Source: Camelus dromedarius
Lineage: Eukaryota
Direction: 5' to 3'
Assembly: GCF_036321535.1 (NCBI RefSeq)
Contig: NC_087447.1
Location: 49,354,001-49,418,000, forward strand
DNA: 64,000 bases
In this document: positions 1 through 13,968 of the stretch, one piece after another
How the letters are laid out: every line of letters starts with the position of its first letter
Numbering within the stretch: the stretch's first letter is position 1
Made by a program: the position numbers and the translations under genes
The notes under the pieces: generated by a model
The model's input: the letters and a program-made list of their open reading frames with translations, nothing else
Databases searched by the model: none
What the model was told of the DNA's origin: nothing

Positions 1-2005
1 AACTGGGAGAACTTTTCTCCTGGATCCAAAAAGACATGGAAGCTTCCCTTTTCCTGAGAAGGATCCCTAGATTCCCACAAACCTGGAGAGGTCATAGAAG
101 TGGGAAAAGGATCGCCCAGGGCAGTGTGCATCTTGGTCACTGGGTGGCTCTAGAGGTGCCCTGGGACTCTGCTAGCCTCAAATGGCCACAGTCAACCCAG
201 CTTTCCCTGACACTGCTCTTCCCAACTTCCAGGCTGGAACTCCTCCCACCCTCATTCTGTCCTATCTCCCAACATCTCCAGCAGGCTCCTGCAAAAGTGC
301 TTGGGTGGCCCTAGCCCCCCGCAATCTGGATGATGCACTGCTGAGGTCAGTTTAATCAAATTCAAGCTGGATGGGACCCAGGTCTCAGCACTGTCTACAT
401 TGTGTACAGAGCCTTGAAGCCGTGTGGGGGTGGAAGGTTGGGAGAGATGCTGCTACTGGTTAGTGCTTCTGAGCAGGCCTTCTCTCCTCTTATCCCTGAT
501 TGACAGAATAATAACAAGAGCAGACACTTAACATGGTGCTGACGCTCTGCCAAGGAGTATTCTAGAGTAGCTCACTAAATCTTCACAACAACGCTATTAT
601 TATACCCAAAGTACAGATTGGGAAATTGAGACCAAGGAGAAAACCATCTTGTCCAAGGCCACACAGCTATTAAAGGGAAGTAACAGATTGAGGATTCTGA
701 CTCCATAATTCACACCCTTGACCACTGTGTGGTAACAGATCAGAATTGAGAAGGTGATTCCACTCATCCTTGGCTCTTCGCTCTGCTCAGGGTGATGTCA
801 CCCTACAAGGCCCTGCCAACTGTTGAGTGCCTGCAGGCACTGCCTCATCTTACTGACCTTGCTGTCCAGAGCCCAGCTGAAGGAGGACGGGACATGGGAA
901 ACAGGCAGTGCAACCAGAAAGGGCAGTTTCACCAGCCCCACCACTCACTGAAGGGCACTTTCCATCTTCAAGTCTCACTGAGCTCATCCAGAAAGCAGGG
1001 ATAACTATGCCTACTCTCTAGAACCACTTCCAGGAGATGATGTAGGTAGCAGGCTTGGTAAAACTGACACTCGTGCCTGCCAGAATCATTACCTCCCCTC
1101 AATAGGAACATGGGCGTTTCATAAGGGTATTGAAACAATTTGGCTGTGGGTTTTTGTTTTTGTTTTTGTTTTTTGGCTTCCAAAAGGAGATTGCTTCTCC
1201 AGATTCACTTGTAAGAATGAGCTGTCAGAATGGAAGCTGTGGAAGATTGAGATTGCCAATCTTTACTAAAGCCATCCAGGATACAGATGGAACAATCTGG
1301 ACCTTAACCTTCCACCAGGCTATGAGCAATCAAGGGCAGGGGTGTGTGTCTGATTCCTCTCTGAGACCTTGGTCCCAGCACAAGGCTGAGCTCAAGTCTG
1401 GGTTCAGGAACTCTTTACTGAATTATATTGAATCAAACCGAATTGAATTAATTTCATCTCTCCAAACGGACTAAGATTTCTTGGGATGAGTAACGTTGGC
1501 TGGCATCTTGTGACAGGAAGCAAAACCAATGGGTTTGGGGCACATAGATTTTTGGAATATATATGGATCCAGCTGGCTCCAAGGAATTCTTGTCTACAAA
1601 AGCGAATCTCTTCAGGACTTCTTAGCAACACCCAGCCAGCAGTTAGTTCTCATTAGTGTAGAAGTTTGAAAGCCACAAAGCCCACATTTCTCCAAAACAT
1701 CCTGTAAAACAGACTGATTTGGGGGGGGGCACTCCCAGATCAGTGAAGCCAGCTCTGCTGTCTGCATCCCATCCAAAGCCAGCTCACTTGGATGGGATGG
1801 AAGAGCAGAGTGAGGTTTTAAAGGACAAACTGCATCTCCCCAGTTCCTCTGGAGAGGGTTCTAGACTCCATACATGCCTGAGCCTGGCAATCAAAAGTGA
1901 CTTCTTAGAGTCCTTCCAACCTGCTGCCCGCCGTTCTGGATAGTCAGGCCAATGGTCTGGGCCCTTCAGAAAGTGGGTTGTTCGGGTTGAAGGGAGGGAC
2001 TTTAC

Positions 2006-2029
2006 CTGGATGCAAGATCTCCCAACAGG
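2006..2029 (-). CDS. ARRB1: beta-arrestin-1 alternatively spliced 24-nt exon 13 (LLGDLASS, long isoform)
   Basis: ccag|C CTG TTG GGA GAT CTT GCA TCC AG|gtaaag; symmetric phase 2-2; long pyrimidine tract upstream on the minus strand. Confidence 0.95.
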
Positions 2030-3017
2030 CTGGGTGGGTCAGAGGAGGCGGGAGAAGTGGTCAGGAGAGAGTTCAGAGAGGAAGAAAACAGAAAGCACGT
2101 TCATTCACCACCTCTGTTCCCCTCTGGGGTAGAGAAGACCCTGGGACACACTCCACCCACCCCTGTACAGTTGTAACTACCCATTCAGGGATATACAGAA
2201 ATGACCTGAGCCCTGACTAGGGAACTGAGACCCAAGTGCAGCTCAGTCAAACCCCCTGCGAGGCCACACTGGGCCCCAGGATGGTCATCTGTAAAGAAGA
2301 CATAAAAGCTAAGCCCTGTGCCGCCTGCCCTGGGGAAGCTGGGACTATACAATGGCAGAAGGAAGCACTTTAGGATTCCCCAGGAAGGAGCCTGAGGCAG
2401 ACTGTGGGTCCTGCAAGAGTCATAGGACACAGGATTTGGGATATGCGACTCTGAGATGTCATATAATACGTGGTGAGTATGACACACTGCCACCTGCACG
2501 AGGCATTATTCTAATAATAAAGGGGATTTGATACCTAATGTTATTAGCTTCCCAATCTTGTCATAGAAATTTACAAACTAAAAAAAAAAAATCCCTCTGA
2601 CAAATTAGAAATCCTAATTCTAAGTTTATAACAACACATAGGCCAATATATGGGGAAAAGTGGGAGTTCTTTCTGAGCTTCCACCAGACTATGCTCCAGG
2701 TCAGGGAATATGTTTGGTCCACAACCATGTCCCCAGCACCCAGCCCATGACTTGCAATTAGGGGAGGAGATTTCAGGAAATGTTGGGGGAATTGTTTGAG
2801 CCTCTGTTTCCCCATTTGCAAAATGGGAGAGTCAGAGTATCCCTGATCCAACTTTGGGATTTGGAGCTCCTTGAGCCATTTCCCCAGCAGATCAGCCTGG
2901 GCATGAGTTGGGGTGGGTACTGTGGGCTGAGATGTGATGGGGAGCACAGAACCCCTTGGAGACCCCAAAGCACAGACTCTGGGGAAGCTTCCCACCACTT
3001 CCCACATGACCAGACTG

Positions 3018-3185
3018 GGGATAGGGAAAAAGAGGAGGAGAAAGAGGAGGAAGAGGAGGAAGAGAAGGAGAGGGGTGGGGAGAGAAAGAGGGAGGGGCAA
3101 GAGAGGGGCTGAAGGCCTCCAAAGCAGGAGAGGGAAAGGGGTGGAGGAAGAGGAAGAGGAGCATTGCAGGAGGAAAAGGAGGAAC
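3018..3185 (+). repeat. purine-rich (GGA/GAA)n low-complexity tract
   Basis: agaggaggagaaagaggaggaagaggaggaagagaaggagaggg... Confidence 0.85.
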
Positions 3186-3276
3186 AGGATGCCACTAAGA
3201 GGTCCAGCAACAGGCAAAATAGGGCAGGGACACCCCTTGCTGCACCTAGAGGTCTGGGGCTGGGCTGGAGCACTCA

Positions 3277-3387
<111 letters not shown>

Positions 3388-4472
3388 TCATGGGGCTTGC
3401 TGGGCAGGCAAGACACTGCAGGAGTAGGGTGCAGAGGGGCCATCGGCTATCAGTCCCTCTCCTGGCCACTCAGCCACCGCTGCAGGTGGAGCCCAGTGTG
3501 TGAGGAAGGCGAGGTCTGCCCTGGGGGAACAGGAGCTCAGAGCCCTGGGTTCCAAGTCTGGCTGTGTGACCCTGGGAACCCCCACTTCCCTCCTGAGGCC
3601 TGAGTCCCAGCAGTGCGGTGAGGGGCGGCTCTTCCTGCTTTCAGGTAGATTCCCCTTCTCTTGCTGCTAAACCAGACTGGCAGTTCTGAGAGGTGAGGGC
3701 AGTTGGCAGGGGCGGGGGTAACAGACCTGAAGAAGGTGGTGTTTCAACTAGGTCTTGAAGGCAGGTAGGACTTGCGAGCAACTGCTTGGAGGGGAGTGGG
3801 TAGCATATGCAGGGGTTGATAAGAGAGCATTTGGGCTGGAGTGGTGGGCAGGGGTGCTGCAGAGGCAAGTCAAACTCCCAGGAAGGGCAGAGCGGGTCCC
3901 TACACCCCCAGGTCTCCACTAGAGCAGGGTGGCCTCAGAGAGCCTGTGATGACCTTGGAGCAGGAGTGACCATATGGCCCTGGGATCCCTGCCTTCCAGG
4001 GGCACCCCCATGTGGTTTAGCCCAGCTCACTGCCCTCATCTCTCCAGACTCCCCAAGCCCATCCTGATTCATCCTCTCCTGCTAGGACCCTTCCAGAAGC
4101 CACTCCCTTCCTTCTAGCCTTGCTCTGCCTCAAGGACACACCCCATCCAACTGAAGACAATAGGTCAGGAGCTGCTGCCTCTTACAGGAAGCCTCTCAGG
4201 TTGCCCTCCCCTAGGCAAACCAGCAGAGCCCAGCACTGACTAAGAGAGCCTGGGCTGATGGTCCACCCTGTTCTCTGGGGCAGCCCTGGATAATGGTGGG
4301 AGTCGGGGACAGCTTCTCTAGCAGTTCAATCTCCTGAGGATGGGTCCTGGACAAGGCTTGGGAAGGGTGTAGCCAGAGCCCGTGCTGGCACTTGTGGGAC
4401 CAAAGTGGCTATGAACCTATCTGGGGGAGGGGGGACATCCAGGAGCCTGGGACTAGGGAGGGTGGGTCCTCA

Positions 4473-4664
<192 letters not shown>

Positions 4665-4934
4665 TCACCCCCAGCCCAGCCAGGACACGGAGCGCGGCCC
4701 TGCTCCAAGCCTCCCTCCCCCATGGCAGGGCCACTTGGGCCAGGCCCAGCTCTGGTAGGGAGACCACTGCCACCAAAAGGGGCACATCTCTCCTCCACAC
4801 ACAAACAGCAGTGACTCTGGAATGATCCAACAGCTTCATTCATGGCTCACATGCAGCCGCAAGTTTTTAAAAATTCAGTGTACTGCTTGGCACTTGCTGT
4901 GTGACTAGGATAACTTCTTAGTGGAGAGAGCATG

Positions 4935-5065
4935 GACTTTATTTTTTTCTACCACATCATGAAAAAATTTCAAACCTACAGGAAAACTGAAAGAGTTGTG
5001 CAGTGAACACCCATATACCCAACCTCTGGGTTCTACAATGAAGACTTTACTTGTTTTACCTCATC
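4935..5065 (-). mobile_element. old L1M 3' fragment
   Basis: tgaaaaaatttcaaacctacaggaaaactgaaagagttgtgcagtgaacacccatataccc resembles a reverse L1ME/MC 3' end. Confidence 0.6.
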
Positions 5066-6309
5066 TCTATCCACCGTGTGTAAGGTGTTTGGATTGCTGA
5101 GCTTTTACCTGCTTTTGCTCTATCCCCCACCCCTTTTCAACAATGAGAGAGCTGGGATGCAGCAGGCCTTGGAATTGGAAGAGCCCAGCTCTGCCACTGA
5201 CCAGCTCTGCGAGGCTGAGCAAGTCACATCTCTCTGGCCCCATTTCCTTCTCTACATACTGGGGCGGCAGCAACCCTGACTTGGAGCGCTTTGTGAGGAC
5301 TAAGCAAGACTCAGAGTGGGATCGACTCCCCAGCCATCCAGGCTGGTAGGTTAGGTGCCGGGGCCATGCAGATTGGGCATTTTCCATTCTTTATGGATTA
5401 CATGTTATTTTGGCCTAGAGTCACTTCACTTTACCCCCACCTCTTGCCAGAACACTATGCCTTGTGGCTTTGATTTTCTAAAAATCAAGAGTGGATATAG
5501 TACCTAACAGCAGGGAAATGTTTAACCCAATCATCACATGTTCACCTATATGACATTAAAAACAATCTCAAAGACCAAACAGTAACATTCAAAAAATATT
5601 TTTAGGTTGCAAAAATACCGATTGCTATTGCATGTAAATAAACATACACATGAAAATTTACATGAAATGCAGTTGCCCCCCAAAATTATTTGCAGGGCCA
5701 GGAGAAAAAACAAATGCGTCTTCTAATGGGCCCATCTACTTCCTTTACTTAAGAAAAGATACTTCACTTAGGATCTCTCCTCTTGCCTTAGCTAACAAGC
5801 TTGGGACAAAGTTCCCTGGGCTCAACCACAGTAGCCCTCCTTAAACTAGATTTTTCTGTTGTTTAATGTAATTATTTTCTACCCTCCCGCACAAACCCCT
5901 TTTATCCAATGACTTGAATTATTCTTTTATGTGTACCTAGTGCCTTACTCTCTTTGCTTTAGCTGCCAGGAAGCTCAGAGCAAAGTCTCTCCCTTCAGTC
6001 TAGGTTTCTGGTACAGTGTAATTATTCTTTTCTCACCATAACCCCAGTCCCCTTAGATTCATTAGCTCTTATTTTCTTATTCTAGTTTTAATGGGTCTTT
6101 TCCCTGACTGTCACATGCACTTCCTTGTAGCTAAACCAAGTAGATGGTCTCTAAAAGGCTGTTCAGGGTCAGCTACTCTGAGTGCAACAAAGTCTGAGGC
6201 CCAGCCCTCTGCCAGGTGGAGAAGAGCCATCTGATCCTGTAACTGGACCCAGGGCTTCTCTTTCCCCCATCCAATCCCACACGTCCAAAGCTGGGCTTTT
6301 GCCCACTTA

Positions 6310-6453
<144 letters not shown>

Positions 6454-6832
6454 TCAGGGAAGTTCAGCACCAGGCAATAGCCGGAGTCCACTGGGGGCTT
6501 CTGCAGGAGATGGACCCGTCCTCCACCCAAAGGACAGCCCAGACATGCCCATTCCCTTCCACAACCAAAAGTCTCCTCCTCAGGGAAATCTACCCAGAAC
6601 CCAGGGAACCTAAAAGAAGAAGGGGCCTCAACAGTAAACTCATTACCTGGCCAATAACCAGCCTGTGTTATCAGTCTCAAAAGCCTTACCCTTTGGCTTA
6701 GAGTAGGCCTTGGGCTTCCCTGAGGACCAACAGTTATTTACAAGGCTGTTAATGAAGGGAGAGCCTTCAGCTACCCCAACCCCTGGAAGGAGACTCCTGG
6801 GTCGCCCCTGGGCTGGCCCTCTGCCCGGGTAC

Positions 6833-6917
6833 CCGAGATCTTGATCTTCTTCACTGTCTTGTTGGTGTTGTTAGTGACATGGACGTTGACGCTGATGGGT
6901 TCTCCGTGGTAGTAGAT
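6833..6917 (-). CDS. ARRB1: beta-arrestin-1 coding exon 9 (85 nt; [28 protein letters not shown])
   Basis: Manual minus-strand translation; ccag acceptor, gtaccc donor. Confidence 0.98.
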
Positions 6918-7676
6918 CTGGGAGGCATAAGAAGGGAGAGGGGTGGATGGGAGGATTCCAAAGCTCTAGAAGAGGTCCCACACACATCTCTGGGATTCCC
7001 TAGGCCTTGGCCACTCTGACACTGACCCCAAGTTCATCAGCCACTTCCTACTGATGCTACGCCACCAGGCATATTAGACTTAGTTCCTTTGAGGGATCTT
7101 GGAAGATAACTGAGTTAGAAGGTGGTATTTTTGAGTTCCAGTCCTGGGTGGGTCACCAGAAGTAATGGTAACAGTAATAATAACGATAATGAGAATGTGA
7201 GCGGTGTGACCTTGGACAGGTTATCTAAGCCTCAGTTTCCCCGTTCATACAATGGAAGGGTTGGAGTAGGTAATATATCAAGTCCCTGACGGCTCTGACG
7301 GCCTGGAATTTAGACTTAGGTGGGTCTGAAAGAAGCAGGAGGAAGGTGAGGAGGGGCTGACCCCCTCACTGAGGGAACCAGTTCTGAATCTTCATTGAAG
7401 ACCCTCAACTTGCATCTTTCCCCTAGCACTTGCCTTCAGCTGCCCCTGCCCCAAGAGAGGGAGAGAGGGTGCCCACACTTCAAGGGGGGACAGTGATGCA
7501 GGGATTCGGCCAGGACCCTTTGGGAGGTACAATGACCTTTGAAGTCAATTGCAACATTCAGGCTCATGCCCCCCTCTGCCACCCCTTTAGTCCCCAGGAG
7601 GCTTCTCCAAATCCCCCAAGGGAGGTCTCAGCTCCCCGGAGCCCTGTGGTCCTTGGACTGGGGGCAGAAGCTCCTA

Positions 7677-7937
<261 letters not shown>

Positions 7938-9310
7938 TCAGAGTCACCTGCCTCCATCCCCTTCCCTTGTGACCCTCACATCCTTCTTTTACTCAAGAGA
8001 CTGCTATGGCTACCATGGCTTTAGAATCCAGTCCAAACTGCAGACATTGGCATAGGTCTTGTCACCATCTGGTCCCATTCCAGCCTCCCCCATTCTGTCC
8101 CCAGCCTCCCCCACTTTCTCACTGTCATCCTTAATGGTCTATCTAGTTCTCTTCCTGGAGCTCAGCCTACACTGGGTCTCAGCCTATAACACGCTCTTTC
8201 GGCTTCTGCCTTCATTTGCTTCCTTCCTCAAGGCCCAGTGAAACAACTGTTCTTACAGGAAACCTTCCTGGATCCGCCCACTCTGATCTTCTCCTGGTCT
8301 GAACTCCCACAACATCAGAGGCCAAACCATCCCATGGTCACAATTTAGGTGGATTTGCGTCTTGGTAACCAGCAGGATGCTAAAAAAGGGACCGTGTTTC
8401 ACTTCCTGCATACCTTAGGTCACCAAATAGTGTGAGCTCCTTAAGGACAGAAGCTTTTGTCCAAATTGTTCACTGTTGTATTCTCAGCACCTATGACAGT
8501 GCCTTCTGTCATATAATAGATACCTGCTAAATATCTATTAAATAAGAATGTGCACAGGGGACAAGGGACCCATGAAGAAACAGGGGCTTGGAAAGGTGAC
8601 AGAGTTCAGTGAGGGGGTACTGATTCCGTCAGGGGCATGCAGGCCAGTAAAGAGGACAAAGACTCGGTGAGAGGGTGGAAGCTCAGAGATGAGATGGGGC
8701 TCAAGGAAGGTGATGGGCTCATGGAGGAAAACAGGGACATGAAGATTTGATGAGGGGATGGGGACTCAGTCAAGCAGTCTCCGGGGTGTGCTAGGTATTC
8801 CAGCATCCTCATGTCCCAGATAAGCCACCTCCACTCCCTGGAACTGGATAGTCAGGGTTAAAGTCCTGGCTCTCCCCTTACTAATTGTATGACCTTGAGT
8901 AAATTAACCTCTATGCCTCTGTTTCTTCATCTGTGCAATGGTGACAAAAGCCAAACCCACTTCTTAGGGTTGCTGTGAGGATTAAATTAGTTCAGACATG
9001 TCTACCACTTTGAACTGTGTCTGGTGCCTAATAAGCTCTTGATAAGTGATAATTGCTGTATCATTGTTAGTGACTCTGGCTTGGACTTAAAATATCCCAT
9101 TGGTGGTCAGTTGAGAGTGCTGGCTCTCAACGTTGCTTCCTCTTCCTTGCTCTAGTTTGGATCCCTGCCACAACCTACAACCCCCTTCCTTTCTCCTTGT
9201 TGCAAGTCTTAAGAAGAAAAGGGGGACAAAGAAGCAAGGGAGAAGGGTCCAATCTCCCTACACACGTAAACTGCCCCCTCTGGAGTTAGAGATGCCTGCA
9301 ATGCATCCTG

Positions 9311-9329
9311 TGACCACCAGGTGGCAAAC
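9311..9329 (+). promoter_or_regulatory. candidate CTCF-binding motif
   Basis: tgaCCACCAGGTGGCAaa fits the CTCF core CCASYAGRKGGCR; motif match only. Confidence 0.45.
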
Positions 9330-10147
9330 TCAGCCCACTCCCTAAGAGGTTGCAGCGCCCTCAGGAAGCAGCTCAGGAGGCAGGGTACATCAGAATTGGG
9401 GGCTGAGGCCAGCCTCGCCAGGAGGCAGGGCAGAGCCTGACCCCAGGAAGGGCAGGTATGAGAGCGGGGCTGGGCAGCTCACCCTAGAAGTCAGGGCCAG
9501 TTATTTCTGGCTGTTGGCCTGGGGTCTCTGTCTGCCCAGGGCTGTGTCTCTCCAGGAGAATGCTTTCCCTCTCTGAGACATGGCTGACCTCCTGCCCTGG
9601 GTAGTTCACTTTCTCCACTTCCCTCCCTTGCTTAGAAGCCTCCACTGACCACCACCACCCCACCACCCCTGCCTCCCCAACCTCCTGCTGCTGGCCTCCC
9701 GGGAGAACTGGTTGGGCAATGGGGGTCCAGGCTGGCTGGGAAACATCTTGTTCACTGTTTAAAATAATATGAATTTCGTGGGTTTGTTTTTTTTTTTTTT
9801 CCAAAACAAAATAAAAGGACACTCTGTCTGGAGAGGAAGAGATTAGAGGCAGGGAGATAAAGGAAGCAGGTATAGTGGTGCAAAGGAAAAAATGCTGAGG
9901 CCCGAGTCAGAACCATTGAGCCACCTCTCCCAGGAAACCCTCATGACCTGCCAGGCTTCCAGAGTGCCCTTCACAGAGCTCCCAAGGCTGGAATGCGGGG
10001 CCCCTCCCCGCACACTTCCAGGCATTGTTACTTCTGTCTTCTCTGGACTCAGCCCGTCCTGTCTCCCTCCCTCTGCCAGCAGGCAGCCAATTCCCAGGGG
10101 GGGAGGGGGGAGGGCGGTGGGGGGGGGCAGAGGGCTGCGCCTTCTCA

Positions 10148-10246
<99 letters not shown>

Positions 10247-10880
10247 TCAGAGGCCAGGCTCCCGCGAGCACCGCCAGCCCACCCTCTTATTTAACAGGGC
10301 CTCTGGATGGGAACACCAAGTACCCTCCCCAGCCTGACCCAGCTTACTCTCTGACTCGGGCCCCTGCACTCTGCCTGGTGTGGGGTTGCCTCCCCTACTT
10401 GACCTTCCCACAGAGCTGCTCCCTGACCGGGCTCCTCTCCAGACCCCTGCCTGTCTGGGTGGCTGTCCTCATCAAGGCAGCCGCCCAGAAATAACAATAG
10501 GCACCTCAACAACCCTGTTCTGGGAGCGCAGACTACACTGGCTGCACCCTTCAGCATCTCACTCCCTGCTCCTGACCCCATGACCAGGCACATCCTATCA
10601 CCTTCATTTCACAGATGAAGAAATGGGCTCAGAGATCTGAGGCTTGGAACACTCATGGTGTCACGTCTGAGCCTCAGTTTCCCCACCTGTGAAACAGTGA
10701 TAACTGCACCTCCAGACAAGGCTGCGAGACCAGGCGGTAGTCCAGAGAACATTCTGCAGCCAACACCGAAGCCAGTGAGAATGACTCAGGAGAGCCCCTG
10801 GGCACATAACTGAGAGCGTGAGAATGACACCATACCTGCCACCCCTTCTGAAAAGAGACTGCTTATCTGAGGCAGGATCA

Positions 10881-11066
<186 letters not shown>

Positions 11067-11366
11067 TTAAGAGGATAGACAGACCTGTCACATTCACCAC
11101 TGACCTCCCGTGTCTCCCATCCCTGCCACCCCTACACACATTCATTAGACCAGGGACCCCTAAGGACAAGCCATGTCCCTTCCATTAGACTCGGGGATTC
11201 AGAGGACAGACCATGGCTCCCCATCAGACCATGCCAAGCCATGTACGTTAGACCAGAGGCCCCTTCACTAAAGCCAAGGATTTCAGTGTTTTTAGTTATC
11301 TAAGGGTTTAGCCCAGTACAGTCCCTACAGAACAAGAGTTGGAAAAGGTCTTTCCATGATGTCCAC

Positions 11367-11875
11367 TGTGGTAGGCAGAATAACGGCCCCCCAAAGAGGT
11401 CCACATCCTAATCTCCAAAACCTGCGACCATTACCATAAATGGCAAAAGGGACTTTATAGGTGTGATTGAGTTAAGGATCCCAAGATAGGGAGATGCGAC
11501 TGGATTATCCAGGTAGACCTGATGTAATCACAGGGTCCTTAACAGTGAAAGCAAGAAGCATAATAGTCAGCATCAGAGTGATGGGATTCGAGAAAGACTG
11601 GACCTGCCATTGCTGGTTTGAAGATGGAGGAGGGACAGGCTAGGGCCCAAACATGTGAGTGCCTTTCCTCTAGAAGAAGGAAGAGGCAAGGAAACAGATT
11701 CCCTCCTAGAGCCTCCAGAAAGAATGCAGCCCTGCTGACACTCGATTTTAGCTCAGTGGGACCTGCTTTTGACTTCTGGACTCCAGAACTGTAAGGTAAC
11801 ACGTCTGTGTTTTAATTGGCAGGTCTAATTACTGCCAGGTTTGTGGTGGTTTGTAACAGCAACCACAGGAAATCC
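11367..11875 (+). mobile_element. MaLR solo LTR (MLT1D-like)
   Basis: Starts tgtggtaggcagaataacggccccc; contains ctagagcctccagaaagaatgcagccctgctgacac; ends gtttgtaacagcaaccacaggaaa. Confidence 0.88.
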
Positions 11876-12066
11876 ACAAAGGAGAGGATGGCTCCTCCTC
11901 TAACCCTCACAGAGAGCCAGGGGATTTCACTGAATCACAGAATCAGAGTCTGAGAAACAGGAAATTTGAAAATCCAGAATCTTGGAGTCTTGGAGGGGAA
12001 AGGTGGCAGAGAAGGGAAATCCACAACTTGCCATCCTCGTTTGTGAGCTGGGTTGAAGCCGGGCTA

Positions 12067-12978
<912 letters not shown>

Positions 12979-13359
12979 CTATCTTCCTGCTGACCTTGGA
13001 CAATCCCTTAACCTCCCCAGGAATCAATCTTCTCTTCTGTACAATGAGACCCTAACTACTGTCCTGTTCGCATCCCCAGCCTTGCAACAGTGATGATAGA
13101 TTTATGTAAAAGTGCTCAGAGCATGAAAATGTTCTCCCCAAGTGGGTGTGGGCAGGGCCGCCTCAGGCTGGAGGAGGCTATGGCACCTGATCTGACATTG
13201 GCTGGAGCTGTCAAGGGAAAAACCAATGAGGAGGGACAGGGACAGGCTTGTTCCCTTTATCGCCAATGTTCTGCCTGGGAGTCAGGGAGGCCCGGGGCTG
13301 GAGGTTATAGGTGAGGAGGAGGCCCCTTGACAGGCTGGGGGAGTGGGCCACAGCCTCAC

Positions 13360-13404
13360 CTCTCCTCTCCTTGAGATACTCAGGATCCACCAGGACCACA
13401 CCAT
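13360..13404 (-). CDS. ARRB1: beta-arrestin-1 coding exon 4 (45 nt; DGVVLVDPEYLKERR)
   Basis: Peptide present in ORF 13211..13492(-); ccag acceptor, gtgagg donor; phase 1-1 fits the neighbouring exons. Confidence 0.98.
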
Positions 13405-13659
13405 CTGGAGGAAGAACAGAGAGTGAGCAGACCACCCCGACTTGACCTCTAAAACTTCTGAGCCCCAAACACCAAGTTAAATTCAAACCCAACCATCTGT
13501 CTGTCCAAAAGCATCATGAGAGAAAACGAGAGGCCAGCACCCAGGGGATGGTACTGCCATGCCCTCCTCCACCCACGCACCCAGACTGGCCTTACAGACC
13601 CAGATTTTGACTTTGGGGAAATTATTTAACTTCTGTTTCTTCATCTGTTAGTAAGAATA

Positions 13660-13968
13660 GTAAGATGGGTCCAAAACCCCAATATCAGGTATACTTTGGA
13701 ATTCAGAAGTGTTGCCTTGCAGAAAGGTCAAAAGGTCCATCTTCCATATACTCTCTAACGCCCTCAGCAGGCTCTGGGGCCACACCTCTTGGCAAACCCA
13801 TTAATACCTCTTCAGGGTCATGTGAATATTTTCACCAAGAAGCTAAGGCATAACTAGCCTCCCAACAGCTCAGGTCAGGTTTGCCACTAATTGAATTCTG
13901 TGTCAAACTTATGAACAATTTGAAGCCTTCAGAACTTTTGGATTTAGGGATCAGGGCTTCTGATCCTG
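13660..13968. mobile_element. Tigger-family (MER46C-like) element inserted in a MIR
   Basis: ccctcagcaggctctggggccacacc...cagctcaggtcaggtttgcc...cagaacttttggattt...cctg|ta; MIR halves on both sides. Confidence 0.6.

Noticed and set aside
1..2005. ARRB1 exon 14 (DVAVELPFTLMHPKP...) or 3' UTR
   Set aside because: No such coding sequence found on the minus strand; the region is intron 13
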